Source: Camelus ferus | Lineage: Eukaryota | Assembly (NCBI RefSeq): GCF_009834535.1 | Contig: NC_045713.1 | Location: 18,166,001-18,230,000, forward strand | DNA length: 64,000 bases | Direction: 5' to 3' | Part shown: positions 1-23,422 of the stretch, piece after piece | Numbering within the stretch: position 1 is the first letter of the stretch | Layout: each line of letters opens with the position of its first letter | The notes under the pieces: model-generated | Told to the model about the DNA's origin: nothing | Database searches by the model: none | Seen by the model: the letters and a program-made list of their open reading frames with translations, nothing else | Made by a program: the position numbers and the translations under genes

Positions 1-1600
1 CAAAAATACAGATTATAGACAAACAATGAATAATGAGATCTTTTTTTAAGAGATACACGATAGGGTATAATGGTTTTTATATATTATTTACACATTAATT
101 AAAAACCATGGCAGCAAAAGCTTTCTGAACATTGGCAAGAAAAGGCAAAAAATTGTTGGTCTTCCTAACATTTTCTTGAAATTCTGCTGGGCATTAAAGA
201 TGAGGAGCACTGTCTCACACTTCACGGTCCCTGGCTGCATTTAGGCACAGGGAAAACGTAAATGGGCTCTCAGGATGCTTACGCTCAATATTAGTGAATA
301 TAAATTGCAATTTATCACCTGCTGGTCTGGGAGGATCTCCTGGGGAGGTAGTGGGTGGCCATGGCTCACCCTAGGGACATACACGCAGTGGCATCAGGAA
401 GTATTCATCTGTGTGAACCCTCCTTCCTGGAGGCTAACATCTTGCTTGGGTCATTGGCACCAAGACCTGGCCCCACCCAACATCCTGTAGGATCCGCACC
501 CTACCCCACAAAGGTCTCCTTACTCCAACTTTTTGGTAAATGACTCTCCCCAAGAGCCAGCCAGGTAGCTCCTAGCAAGTCTTTACTTCTACAACTTGTT
601 TCCAAGCTCTGGGGCTCATTCCTTCTTAAATGCTTAAAGTTTTCCATACTGCATGCTGATTCTCCTAGGAAGCTGTTCCATGCTTCCTGGCACCTTGGGG
701 GCTTAACCTAGAAACTTTGTTCAGGCTGTAATCACTTGAGCCTCTCAGGAAGAGATAAGAGAAGCTTTATTATTCTTTGGGATCAGAGCAATTAACTATC
801 CTGGCTATGTGAAGAGTCTCAGGAAGGTAGGGCTTTTTATCGGAACCCTGAGAAATCCAGAGGTCGATTGCCCCAAACAGGAGAGGGTTGGGGATGAGAG
901 CACATCTGGATTTGGTCTCTGAAACCACAAGCCACTTCACTTCAGCTCAAAAAGTCAGCATCCGAAAGTAGATCTCACCTGAAGTTTCCACCTCTGCCAG
1001 GCTAGGGCTGAAGGTTTTGGTCACTAGGAGTGGGTGCCCAGGACAGGGAGGTGACAGTCAACTCAGTCCCTTACTGTAGATGAGCCAGGTCTGACCTCCG
1101 ACCCAAGAAGGGACACTGATCATCTACAGCAGGTTGGAGGACGAGAAGGGGCCTGAAACCATGCCCAGGGGAGAAGGGGTGAGGACTAGTGTTGCTGACC
1201 CTAAGACAGAGCTCTGTGAGGTCCCTCAGGCCTGGAGCTCAGAGGGAGCAGATTTCAGCTTCTCCTAAGGAGAGCTTCCTAACAGCTGGGGTGATAAGTG
1301 CGTGGGAGGTGAGAACTCCTCCTACAGGGTAAATGCAAATAGAAGCCAGAAACCCCCCAGTCAGGGCCACTGCAGAGGCAGGTCCTGAATGCTGGGGCCA
1401 CAAGCTCCTACTGGTGCCCCCAGGAAGACCACTTGCTTTTCTGGGATTCAGCATCTTCAGCTACAATATAAGGATAGGTAGGCATAATGATGCCATCCCT
1501 GTAGGGCTGTTATGAGGATGAAACTAGATAATATACTAAATCAACACCAGGGACAGTGTGCTGGCACCCAAGGGCTTTGGAAGTGGTGACTGCCACCACT

Positions 1601-1803
1601 AGGTTCAAATCTTGCCTCTGCTCTTTCCTCGCTGTGTGACCTTGGGCAATTCACTTAACCTGATTTTCTCATCTGTAAAGTGGGGATCATGTCAGGATTA
1701 TTCTCGAGATTATTGGATTGTTATGAAGATTCAATAAGCTAATCCCTATAAAGCTTTTAGCACAATGCCAGACTCATAGAAAATGTTCAATAAATGTTGA
1801 TAG
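1601..1803 (+). mobile_element. MIR SINE
   Basis: GGTTCAAATCTTGCCTCTGC...TGTGTGACCTTGGGCAATTCACTTAACC...TCTCATCTGTAAAGTGGGG core. Confidence 0.7.
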
Positions 1804-4029
1804 TGATATTACTACTACCAATTGTTCCAATGAATCTTCCCTACAGCCCTGTAAATTCAATAACATCATCCCCATTTCACAGACTGGGAAACTGAGGCTA
1901 AGAAACTTTAACAATAACAAAAGCACCTGCTAGATGCTGCCAGGTCTGTTTCAAGCACTTCATAATTCTTAATCCATTTATAACCTCAGAACCTCTTAAT
2001 AACCCCCATCATTGTTCCTATCTTATCAGGAAGCCATGAGGCACAAAGAGATTAAGTGACTTGCCCAAAGTCCTGGCAGTCTATGGTCCTTCTGGCCCTG
2101 GGAAGTGCAATCTGTCTCCAGCAGAGTTATTTTGGGGAGGGTGGACAGTGGTAGGTCACAACCAGGAAGCATCTTACCACCAACCACTCTGGTCTAGTCC
2201 AGGGACCAAAGGTGGGCCTGAGGTGAGACTTGGAAGTTCTTTCCTGCCAGGGATCAAAGCTCAGAACTCTGAGTACTACCCCCAGAAAAGAGGGTCAAAG
2301 TAGAAGGGATTACCATGGCTTCCCGGAGAGTTGCCCAAGGCTCTTATTCCCCTCTTCTCCAGGGGTAAAGCTGCACTGCGGTCTCCAGGAATGAGCTGGC
2401 TCTGAGCTTACCTCCCTGGGGTACGCTGGACAAGTTGCTGCCCTTCTCAGGGCACCAATTCCCTGTGGCTGGTGATGTGAGTGCATTATTGACACAGGAT
2501 GCAGTCCCCAGAGAAGGGCTGTGACCTCCCCAAGTCACAAGCTAAGAGGTAGAGGGTCTGGGATTAGAATCTGAGTGGGTCTGATACCCCTCATCTCCTG
2601 CTCTCCCCACTATTCCACAATCTTCTAAATTGTGAGTTCTAGAGCATTCTGCAAAGAGGAGGAAGTTAATACTATTGTTGCTATTATTGCAACATCTGCC
2701 CTCCTAAGGGTGTGTGCAGACAGCCTGGAGGAGGCACACATTTCCGTATACATTATCTCTCCAAGCCATTTGTCCGTTCTTGAAGACAGAGAGTGGGATT
2801 TCTAGGACGTAGGTTGGAATTTGGGACCCAGAGTCAGATGCTTCAGTCTGAATTTCCTCATTTACTGCTAGTACAGGCTTCCAGAGTAATTTCTGAAAAC
2901 TACAGTTTTCTCCTCTGTAAGGTGAAATAACACACATACCCCACAGGGCTGTTGGCAGAATTAAATGAGACTGTGCACGTTGAGTGTTTAGCATAGTGCC
3001 TGGAATCTAGTACATTCGAAAGCTGGAAACTGTGGTTACTCTCATTAGCCTCCCATGGCACTTCCATGAGATTGGGCATCTTTTTAAAATAAAATAGATT
3101 CTTCAAAAACGTTGTTCCCTTCTGAGTTCAGAGGCTCCAGTGTGCTCTTGGAGCACATCCACCTGCCAAAAATATGTCACTTGTCCTCACTGACTTCTGG
3201 CCCGAAACCTCTGCAGGATTGAGGCTTCCACTTCTATGAGAGGACGCGCCTGCACTGTCAGCTCCTTGTCCCTTCCCTCCCTGTGACATCACACTGAAGT
3301 GCTGGTGCTTGCTCTGAAGTGACATCAGGTGGAAAATCACAGCCAGGATCTTGTCTCAGTCTGAACATGTGTGAGCAGGAATGTGACTGGGGTCAGATGC
3401 CAGGGGAAAGCTGGGCCCCCAAGAGGAAGGGTCCTGGGTGGTGATTCACAGGAACAAGGAAAGGGACACTGCGTCACAGCATGACACACGTACTCAGCTC
3501 CCTCTCCTCCAGGAAGCCCATCTCCTCCTCTGAGTCATGAGACAGTCTCCCAAGTGCAATTTCCTATAGCCCCAAGGTTTCCATGGAAATGTGTGACTTT
3601 GGTTTCACTCAAGGCCAAGGCCACCCCATCCGAACAAGCATTCAAGAGATGCAGTCAAATGGTGGCCATATATATGCTCAAGGGGATCCCTGCTCATTGT
3701 GGCGTTGAATCAGGCAATTGTTTTTTAAATTGGGATCAAACACCCAAAGCTTCTAAGATTCTAACACATGTGAAAGGAGCAGGTTTCTACGATTCTACAT
3801 TCTAGGATACTTTTGTTATTCCATAAAGGCTTCTCAAAGTTGGATCTGTGCCAAGCCCTGTGTGGGTGCTGTGGACCTGAAAGGGTCCTCAAGGAGTCCT
3901 CAGTCTGGTGGGAAAAGCAGAGTGAAGAGACACACTTATGGTGTGATAAACACTGTGGCATCATAGGGACATCCGGCAGACATGACCAAGGAATAATTCA
4001 TTTTGCAGAGAGGCTAGAAATCTCAACAG

Positions 4030-4245
4030 CAAAGAATATCCAGAGGACAGACTCAGGAGCTCTCCAGACAAGCTGTATGATCCCTCAACTCTGTGACCTT
4101 GGGCAAATCCTTCAACCTCTCTGAGCCTCAACCTTGTTCCTTGTAAAATAGGGCTACTATTTCCTAAACCAAAGGGATTGTTGTAAGGCTTAGAAAAAAT
4201 GCATGTGAAGGATCACAGCCTGTATAAATAGGGGCTCACATTTTT
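4030..4245 (+). mobile_element. MIR SINE
   Basis: TGTGACCTTGGGCAAATCCTTCAACCTCTCTGAGCCTCA...TGTAAAATAGGG core. Confidence 0.7.
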
Positions 4246-5049
4246 ATTATTTCTTTAAAAATGTGACTCCTGATGCATGTTGGAGAACAGGCAGGAAATC
4301 CCCAAGCAGATCAGGAGGGAAAAGGGGCCAAGCAGAGAGGCAGGTGCCACATATGCAGAGGTCCAGAGGCCAACAGGGTAGAAGGTGCTGCCAAGAAAGT
4401 TGGCAAGGGCCTTGAAGGCCAAGCCAAGACACTTGGACTTGATTCTGTGGGCCCTGAGGGGTCACAGGTTTCTGAGCAGGGGAGGGACAGGATCAACGTG
4501 TGGGCTAAGAAGATGCAGCCTTCTGGCCACAGTGCACACAATGGAGATTCTGAAAGGATGAGGACCAGTGACGAGGCACAATAAACAGCCATGTGCCTGG
4601 GAACACTGGCCGTGGGACCAAGGATGTTGACACACAGTACGACCCAGACGGGATTGGGCAAAATGCGCAAGGATGGGGAGCAGGGCCCTTGAAAACATGT
4701 TACAGGCAGCATGGCCTCAGTTATTCGACATTTAGCAGTTCTTCACTGAGCACCTCCTATGTCCCGGGCACTCTCTTGATGCTGGGGATCGTGTGGTGGG
4801 GAGATGGATGCCCAGTGAAGAAATGAATGTCCGAAATGTCAGGATCACATCCCTAGAAGGAAAGGTGATTGTTACAACCCAGCTGAGAGGGGAAAAGGAA
4901 GGCTTCCCAATACCCACCGAGGAAGGAGATTCGGGATTCAGTCGAGACTGTATGGCTTCAGTCCAGTCTTTCCGCTTCTGGAAGCGGCCTCTTCCTTATA
5001 TGGAAGGCACACCTTCAGTTCCTGGTATCCCCATTGAGCCACAAGGCCT

Positions 5050-5545
5050 ATTCATCCATTATTGATCCCATGAAGATTTAATGAGTACCTGCTGTAGGCC
5101 CAGCACTCTTCCGGATGCCACAGATATAACGATGATCTGGACACGCACATTTACAGACTGTCAGGGAAGACCAATGCTAAACAAATTCACAAAGTTAGTT
5201 ACAATTTAGTCACAATTGCTATGAGAGCTACAAATAAGTAGGTGTTTTGAACTGGAGGGATTCTAAACCTGGTCTCCTGGAGGAAGCAGCATTTAACTTA
5301 AGACCTAAAGCCTCCAGAGTTTGTCAGGCAAAGAGTGAGGAAAAAGAGCTCCAGGCTGAGGGAACAGCATGTTTAAAGGCTTGGAGAAGCAAAGGAGCCT
5401 GGAGCGTTTGAAGAACTGAGAGGCCAGTGTGGTTGAACTCAGAGATGGAGGCGGGGCAGGGTGTGGTGCAAGGCAAGGCTGGGTGAGGTCCAGAGGGGCA
5501 GACTAGCAGGGCCTTCAGAGCCATGTTAAGAGCAAGTTAAGGATT
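5050..5545 (-). mobile_element. L2 LINE fragment
   Basis: ATTCATCCATT...TTTAATGAGTACCTGCTGTAGGCC 3' end, then AGGGAACAGCATGTTTAAAGGC...GCAGGGCCTT. Confidence 0.6.
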
Positions 5546-6129
5546 CTGGGCACAGTCTGGCTTCCAATTTCAACCCATGCCAACTTCCAAATTCTCTTCT
5601 GGGCCAAGCCCCCTAGCCCCAGAGTAGCTCTCCACCCATGACTTTCCCTCCAATAGACAATTTTCTCAACCATTGCAAGTGTTTCTTGTCATCACTTCCC
5701 AAGGATTTCAGCTCCTCAGGAACCAAATCCTGGCTCTCCCAGGAAGGTTTCAGGCACCATCAGGTAGCCCATGTTATGCTGGTATATTTACTAAGTGGCT
5801 CAGTGAAGTGTTATTATCCCCATTTTATAGATAAGGAAACAGGCTCAGAGAGAGAGCACATACACTTAATCTCTACCCTCTTTTTCACACTTCATTTCTC
5901 CCATGTGAAATTTGGGAAGCTACATGGTTCTGGCTCTTAGGATTCTATGGTTCTGATTCTATGACATGTGAGAGAGGATGCTAAGCTTTGGGAAAATATG
6001 GAGATTTCAGCGTTCTAGAATTCAAAGATTCTAAGCCTTGGCGCTCCAATAAATTAGGTTCCTAGTCTGTCCTAACTAGTGCAAGCCTGGAGAGGCAGGC
6101 ACCAGCCACAAGCCCTTTTCCACCTGGTC

Positions 6130-6660
6130 TCTTGGGTCCCACCTCCCGGACCCGCTGAAGGAAGTGGTCTGGGCGCCCCCCGATGGCCAGGAGTGGATGG
6201 AAACGAACGGGGTACACCCCAGGGCAATGGGCTGGGACAAAGTTGAGAGTTCAGAGAAGGCGGGGAGTTTCAGGTCCCGCCCTGGAGCAGACTTCCCGCT
6301 CGGCAGACACCCGAGGTGAGAGGCACCAGCGGGGATCCTGGAGCCATGGGGTGCACGCGCGATGCCATCCTAGATGCACTGGAGAGCCTGACCGCCGACG
6401 AGCTCAAGAAGTTCAAGATGAAGCTGCTCTCGGTGCCGCTGCGCGACGGCTATGGGCGCATCCCGCGGGGAACACTTCTGCCCATGGATGCCATGGACCT
6501 CACCGACAAGCTGGTCAGCTACTATCTGGAGCCATATGGCGCCGAGCTTACGGCGCTCGTGCTCCGTGACATGGGCATGCAGGAGGTGGCAGAGCAGCTG
6601 CAGGAGACCATGCGCAAGGGTGAGCGTGCCCCACCCCCACCCCCACGTTCCGCAGAGGTC
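6130..6660 (+). promoter_or_regulatory. PYCARD CpG-island promoter with ETS-like and ETS-IRF-like motifs
   Basis: CpG-dense stretch over the 5' end and exon 1. AAGGAAGTG at 6158-6166; GGAAACGAAC at 6199-6208 (one mismatch to GGAAnnGAAA). Motifs identified by eye only. Confidence 0.6.
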
Positions 6661-7533
6661 CAGACCCCCAGGGCTTCTCTAGTATCCTGCCTACACCCTC
6701 CTCCCAACCCACTCGGGTTCTTTCACTTCCTGTTCCTCCTACCCCTTAATACAAGCTCTTCTTGCTGGGAAAGGAGTCTTCCCCCATTTGGTAGTGACTT
6801 TGGCTTCCGGACTAAGGGGCCCCTTACCCCAGAGATTGTAGACATCATTTGATTTTCTTACAGCCCCCGGAGCAAAGCCAGCTGGGATCAAGGCCCCTCC
6901 CCAGGCAGCAGCCAAGCCAGGTGAGGCCTTCATAACCAAGATCACCTGCCAGGGCACCTCCCCAGATGCACCCCACTGCACTCCTGTGCAGTCTACCTGT
7001 TGTCACAAGGCCCAGAACACCCAGGGAGCATGACACTAGGCCAACCCTTCCCACCAACCCACTCACACACTTCCTGGGGCTGAGCCTGGCTGGGAGAAAG
7101 GGAGACAAAGTTACATACTTCCCACTATACCCAGAGCCCTGGGGAATGCCCACCTTGAGCCCTGTCCCTTAGGGGTGCATTCAAGGCAACTTCTGAAGAA
7201 AGCAGTGTTCAACAGGGATAGGCCCCAGCACCCACGCCGGGTGCCAGCTCACCTGCTCTCCTCCCTCCTGCCCCAGCACCGCACTTTGTGGACCAGCATC
7301 GGGCGGCCCTCATCGCACGGGTCACAGACGTGGATGGGGTGCTGGATTCCCTGTATGGGAAGGTCCTGACAGAAGATCAGTACCAGGCAGTGCGGGCAGA
7401 GCACACCAACCCAACCAAGATGAGGAAGCTCTTCAGCTTTGCTCCAGCCTGGAACACGACCTGCAAGGATCTACTCCTTCAGAGCCTAAGGGAAACCCAG
7501 CCCTACCTGGTGGATGACCTGGAGCGGAGCTGA
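6346..7533 (+). CDS. PYCARD: Apoptosis-associated speck-like protein containing a CARD (ASC), 195 aa, 3 exons
   Basis: Exons 6346-6619 (274 nt), 6864-6920 (57), 7277-7533 (257), all GT-AG, total 588 nt. PYD begins [28 protein letters not shown]; [33 protein letters not shown]...YLVDDLERS*. Kozak context GAGCCATGG. Confidence 0.98.
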
Positions 7534-10500
7534 GCATCTTCCCCAGCAGCAGCCCTACATATGACCCTTCACTGTTCCATCCAACTTACCTGGAATCTAA
7601 TTTTTTTTATATCTACAATACATGAAAAACCAGCTCGTACTTGTGTTTTCCTACTTCCAGCCTGAAAGCACACACAGAGCTAAGCTACGTATCTAGATGC
7701 CACCAGGGCTCAGGTGACCCTCTACTTCACTGCCCGTTCTCCTGGTGCAGCAGGCTCCACACTTCATCCTTCCTGCCCCAGTCACCATACAATGGTTCCT
7801 CCAAATGCTACCCCCAAGGGTCTGCCCTTGAGACAATACAGTTAGCCCTGTGGCCAAGGTCTAAAGGTTAAAACAGAGATATGTACAAAGGATCTGGGAC
7901 TGTGGAGGGCCAGATTTCTCAAATGCATTTAGAAACAGACTCAGCTACATTGCTTCTCTTTCATTTTCCAAGGGGGAAAAAAACTGTAAAATTAGAGCAA
8001 CTTTCAGGGGAAGAGACAAGAGTATCACGTATACACAGGACAGAAGAGCACAGGCCACCAAGTGTCACTGTATGGCCTCTTCCAGCACGGACACTAGCAG
8101 GCTTCACTGCTCCCTCTGCTCCCTCCCACTTGCTGAAAGGGGTTTCTTTTGCTCAGAAAACATGCCAATCATAAAAGCAAAATTTTAGGAAATGAGTTCT
8201 AGTAGTTTTTCTTCTCTTGATAGATTTTTGGATTTTTGGCCAACAAAGGAACATAGTATTTCTCTCCAGAAAACAGCACTCCCCAGGGTCTTTCCAGAGC
8301 CCTTCAGGGAACCAGGACCCTAGGACAATACCCTGTGTAAAATAGGCACCTAGCCTGGGCAGCAGCGGAGAAGGATGCAAAGCAAAGGGAGGCCCCCAAG
8401 AAAGCCAGCCTACCCTAAGCAGTCAGATCATCAAACACAGGAATCCACGTTTGAGGGTACAAGGTGTGCCATCCACGACGACACACTGGCCCAGAATGAA
8501 CAAAGCTGTCTGAAGACTCCACCTGGGACACCCTCACTCCCTAGATGCCACAATTAGCAAATGCAGTGTTTATGTACATCCCACCCCCAACCCCCAACCA
8601 GCACCACAGTCTGTGTAACATTTCCCTATTCTGGTTACTGGATCACCAGAGCAACAGGAAAAAACAGTGATAGAAGGAAGCTATCTAGGAGCTAAGAACA
8701 TGACCACTGTCAAAGCTACACAGTCACATGGGACTGCTCCTAATGCTGTTCAGGACTCCAGGAGGAAAGCTGAGCTTCCCGAAAAGTGGGAACAATCCCT
8801 AACACTCAGGATCCTGTGGGGGCATCTTCTTTAGCCAGCCACACCATAAAATAAATGCTGATGCTCCCCATTCCGTCCCTTTTCTACCAAATGTTCTTGA
8901 GTCTTACAATCTAAGACTTACTCAATCCCTGAGATGAACATTCTGAAAGGACCTACCATTTCCCAAACTGAAGTTGTCTTCCTCTCACCATCCCTGTATC
9001 CTGACATATGGCAACAGCAGCAGCCTAACCAGAAAACAAGAAACCCTGACATGTTCCATAAAGCCCAGATTTAGTTCATCCTGCTGATGCCAGCTCTTCC
9101 ATGTCCAACTGCCTTCTTCCTCAACTTCACAGCTCCCACCTGTCTTATGCCTTACAACAGATCTCTTGACTCTCCCTGCTTCTAGTCAACCACCTTCAAG
9201 GGCCTGAGTGATCAAAACTGATCACGGAAATAGACTGTCTCACGTCTAACATTAGGACACTGAGGCTCCCCTTTCCAGCCTGGCCCTTAAGGATCCCATT
9301 GAACCTCTCTCATCTGCCTCTTCACTTACCCCACGATCCCAACACTTGCTCACGCCCCACGCCCTAGCACATGCTGGTCCCGTAACTCCAGACACCCTGA
9401 AATCCAGCCGTCCCAGCACACCAAGGCGGCCCTCCTCTGCGCTCCAGTGGCACTTCCCACAGGGTCTGTGGTAGAGCGAACCGAACTGTCATGTCTGTTT
9501 TCACACAGGACTCTTCCGTTAGAGTGCGCCCCATAAAGATGTCTTTTCAACCTCTGTACGGTGCCTTGGATGTAAAAAATAAGTCACTGTGTATCTCTAG
9601 TGTCTAACAGGATTTCTTTTAAAACCACAGGAACCTAATACTTCTCATGGGATGGAGCTACCACTTCCTTGCACTGATTCTCAAGCAGAGCAGCTGCAAA
9701 AACCAGTGCAGACCTGAGGCAAAAGAAACGGTTGGAAGAAACAGCTCCCTAAGTTCAAAGGCTTCTTGGGGGCTTTATTTTTCCTTCTCATGGTGGGGCG
9801 GGGGGGGGGGAGCTTTAAGAGTTCTATCAGCCACTGCATGGTGGTTAAGGACACAACTTCCACAGCCAAAGGACAGATTCAAATCCCTACTCTACCCCAC
9901 TCACCCTTAGTTATGAGACTAAGGCTAGTTTGTACCTCAGCATCCCCTTCTATGAAGTAGGAACAACTGGACCGCTCACCACCGAACAGCAACTGGCCTG
10001 CAGCAAGTACATTAGTGTCAACAACGATCTCTAGGATGTTTGTGTTCCTAGAGTAACACCTCAAAACAAAAATTGACATTTGTTGCCCAAATCTCCAAGC
10101 ATCACAAGACAACAAACAATAGTCAGTGTTCACTGGGCCTGTGAGAATTAGAAAACCCAAAGGAGCCAGCCTTCTGTGAGTGACCTTCCTCTTAGCTCCC
10201 AGCTCAAACTGTCCACATACAGAATCAAGTTCCCTTTCACAGGGAAGGTGGAGGGGATACAGAACCGGAGTCTCTGCGGAACTTCAGAGCAAGACTCTAA
10301 AAGTGTGCTGCTGAAACAGCAAGTGTCAACACCGCCAGAGAGCTTGCCCCTCACCTGGACCCATACACCGAATCAGAATCCACATGCTAACCAAACTGCC
10401 AAGAGATTCACGTATGTATTCAACTTAAGACACACTGCTACTGGGAGGATTTAGCTCTGCCACCTCAGACTGTGGCAGGTCTGCAGAGGTCTTCCCACAG

Positions 10501-13330
10501 AGGGATTTGCCTTGCTTTTCACTCAGGAAGACAGTACACAGGATGGGCTGGCTTTCCCTCAACTTCTGAAAAAAAAACGAAACGAAGAAAATAGCCCATT
10601 GGGACAGATCTGACAGACAGGCCCCCACCCTGCAGCCAAGCCCTAAGAATCCTGCACAGAACAGCTACAGGGAATCAGCACAGCTGTGCAACACTGCCAC
10701 CCTGCGGTGCACGTGCAGGGCGCTGCCTGGAAAGCCCGGCTCCTTCTCCCTTCAGTGATGCGTGCTTGTCTGTTCCCGCCTGAAGAATGTTGGGTATCTT
10801 AGATCCAACGGTCTTTGAAAGCCCTTACCTGTGCTACCACCACAGGACTGAGGGCCAATTCCTACCAGCCCTAAAATCAAATCTCCTGGCAAGATCCATC
10901 TGACACTACTTCCCTGCCTCTCACGCCCCAGCACCACAAAGATTACTGTCCGCATGGGGAGGTAAACAAGGTGATTTCTGTGGAAATCTTCCAAGTCTGA
11001 GTCATTTCAAAATAAAAAGTTAAAGATGAAAGAAAAGAGGCTAAGTATTGAAGGCCCAAAGGTACAAAAGGGAGTCTGAGTTCTGCAGACTGGAGAGGAA
11101 TGGCTGCAGGTGGGATCCCACACATCACACTGAGTTGAGCATCTGGCAGACTAGTCCAGGGATTGGGGCTTGGTTTCAAAACCCCTGGTGGATGACTGAT
11201 TGGAGACTGAAGTGGGAAGCAGCACGCCTAGATAAAGATGTGATGTACTGAATCATATGCACTGGACCCATCCATGACTTAACCTCAGCCCTATATCCAA
11301 GTTACTGAAATAGATGAAAGACTGGAGAACTAAATCAGGAGGCAGAGATCTGCAGCACACTTCTCCCCATTCACATCCCACCCTCACTTCTTCCTACTAG
11401 TTAGCCTGTCTCAAAAAAGCCAGGTACCTAGTGCTCCAACACTGAAGACCATTTTCAATAATTCAGTAAGAATAATGTATTCTTTACAACTCAAGAGATT
11501 AGCCTAGGATCCTCATCAGAGAAACATGAGTGGCTTTTTACTGGCCTAGTGCTTACAAGGGAATGCAGCAGAGCAGAGGGCCCAAAATCCAAGCCCTGGG
11601 GGGTGAGACGCCTACTTTCTCACCACTGATGAGTTGGCACCAGAATCAATGCCTCAGAACCAACATTCTGTTGTCTTCATCCATTCTCCTGGAAAAGCCC
11701 CCCAAACTGGATCTACCCACTAGGTACCTGGGGCCCAGTTTTCTTTTACTTGAGCGTCAGGCCAATCAATCACTGAAGCCCTTTAAAGGACATAAGAACT
11801 AAATGCTAACAGTCCCAGTCAGTACTCAGGTCTCACCAAGAGTTTCAACCCCCCTTCACTACTAGCAGCAGGGATGAAGGAAACACAACCAAAGCCTAAC
11901 CCCTACCAGGTGAACACGTAAAAAACTTTTCAAGAGACATGGATCAAACCATTCAAACAAAACATCGTTATAAGCAGCAGCACATCAACAAAACAGCAGA
12001 GGCAGCGTGACCACAACAGGGAGAGAACCACCGCCACAGCCACGTCCTTGGCTTCTCACGTGTACCAAGCTCACTGCGCCTAATCAAACGGCTGCCTGGA
12101 GAACGTCAGCCATTCTCCACCTACTCTTGGTAAAGCACGCCTACTCAGCAGGGAGGGGAAAGCAGCTATTCCTTTTGACAAAGCTGCAACTTCCATCTCC
12201 AGTCAACAGAGATTTGAGGATGAAATCAACTCCTCCAAAGAGCACACTGGACTATTTTATTAAACAAAGAGAAAAGCACTTCCCAACCAGGGCTCCCAGG
12301 TACTTGAAAAGCTGTGCTTCCAACAGCTTAGAGCCTTTTCTTCCGCTGCTGGCTGTTAATTTTCAGTTCTATGTAACTAAAATTCATGCTGCACAACTGA
12401 TCAGAAGGCCTGGGCAAGTTTTTTAAACAGTTTGAGCTGAAAAAAAAGAAGGGACGGCTGGGGTCAGCAGAAGTATGCAAAGTGGAGGGGCACTATTCTG
12501 AGGTTTCATCGGCTCCACCTTTCTTTCTCAAAATACCAATGACAGTCCTCTGTGTATAGGCAGGATGTGAACGTTACCCAACTAGACCATAGTCTCCCTA
12601 CAGCAGATACCTGCCAAAGGAAAATTGGGGGGGGGGGGGCGGGGGCCGCGAGCCCATTCACCTTGAAACAGAAAAAACTGCCTCTACCTCAGTTTCCCAG
12701 ATAACCTGCCCCCTTTTCATCTCCTCTCATTCCCAAGCCTCTTTCCCTAAAACCTGGCATCCTCTTAAGGCCTAACCGAACAATGTTTGAGACAGGAGTC
12801 TGTCCCCTTCAAAAGAAAGATTTCAGAATGAAATGCCAATGAAAATGAAGTCAGCACAGACTCAATCCAGCATCTACCATTTTCTGATTGAGTCACATAA
12901 CCCATGCCCTTCGCTTTCTGCCAGGAGTAGAGTGAGCAAAGCCACAGAACACCTACCATTAAGTAGGTGCTCTCCTTCCTGTAAAAAACCCAACTGGCTT
13001 AACATCGTGCTCCAGTCAGAGTGAAGCTTGAATACTGCCCCAAAGGAACCCTAATTTGTTTGAGCCCCACCCTCAATAAAGTGTCACAAGAGCCAAGAGT
13101 CCTTACAAAAAAACAAAACCACTATAAATAATAAACTCACTAAAATCAGTGTATAAATTAACACGGTAAAAGGAAAACCTCCATGTAGTTGGACAAACCT
13201 GGGGCAATACATCGTGTATTTTTTCATTTACCCTTTCATTCATCCATGTTTTTGCCATGACAGGAAAGTTTGATCTCTACTTTCAAGGCTACCACTTGAC
13301 CTCTTCTCCCCTGGACCAAGTATCGAACAC

Positions 13331-13336
13331 TTTATT
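13331..13336 (-). terminator. FUS proximal poly(A) signal AATAAA
   Basis: TTTATT on + at 13331-13336, about 265 nt downstream of the FUS stop codon. Confidence 0.6.
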
Positions 13337-13600
13337 CCAGTTCCTGCTAGGCAGGTTGACCTGCAGAGGAAAACTCCCCACATTCTTGACCTGGACATCA
13401 AACCTCCAGCAGAGTGAAGAGGGGGAAGAGAAAGAAAATTTAACTAAAATGATGGTTTTTAATGGGAACCAGAGGTATGGTTACAATTACATAGTCCGAC
13501 ACAAAAAACCCGTGGGTGATCAGGAGTTGGAAGGTTACAAAATAATGAGGGTAACACTGGGTACAGGAAGAAAAGCTGCTCCAGAACGTCAGGAGCCAGG

Positions 13601-23422
<9,822 letters not shown>

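Noticed and set aside
6316-6345. 10-aa N-terminal extension of ASC from a GTG start
   Set aside because: Non-AUG call by the ORF finder; the ATG at 6346 has a strong Kozak context and gives the canonical 195 aa.
10029-10053. 8-bp inverted repeat CTCTAGGA...TCCTAGAG
   Set aside because: Too short; no snoRNA box motifs or pre-miRNA-length stem.
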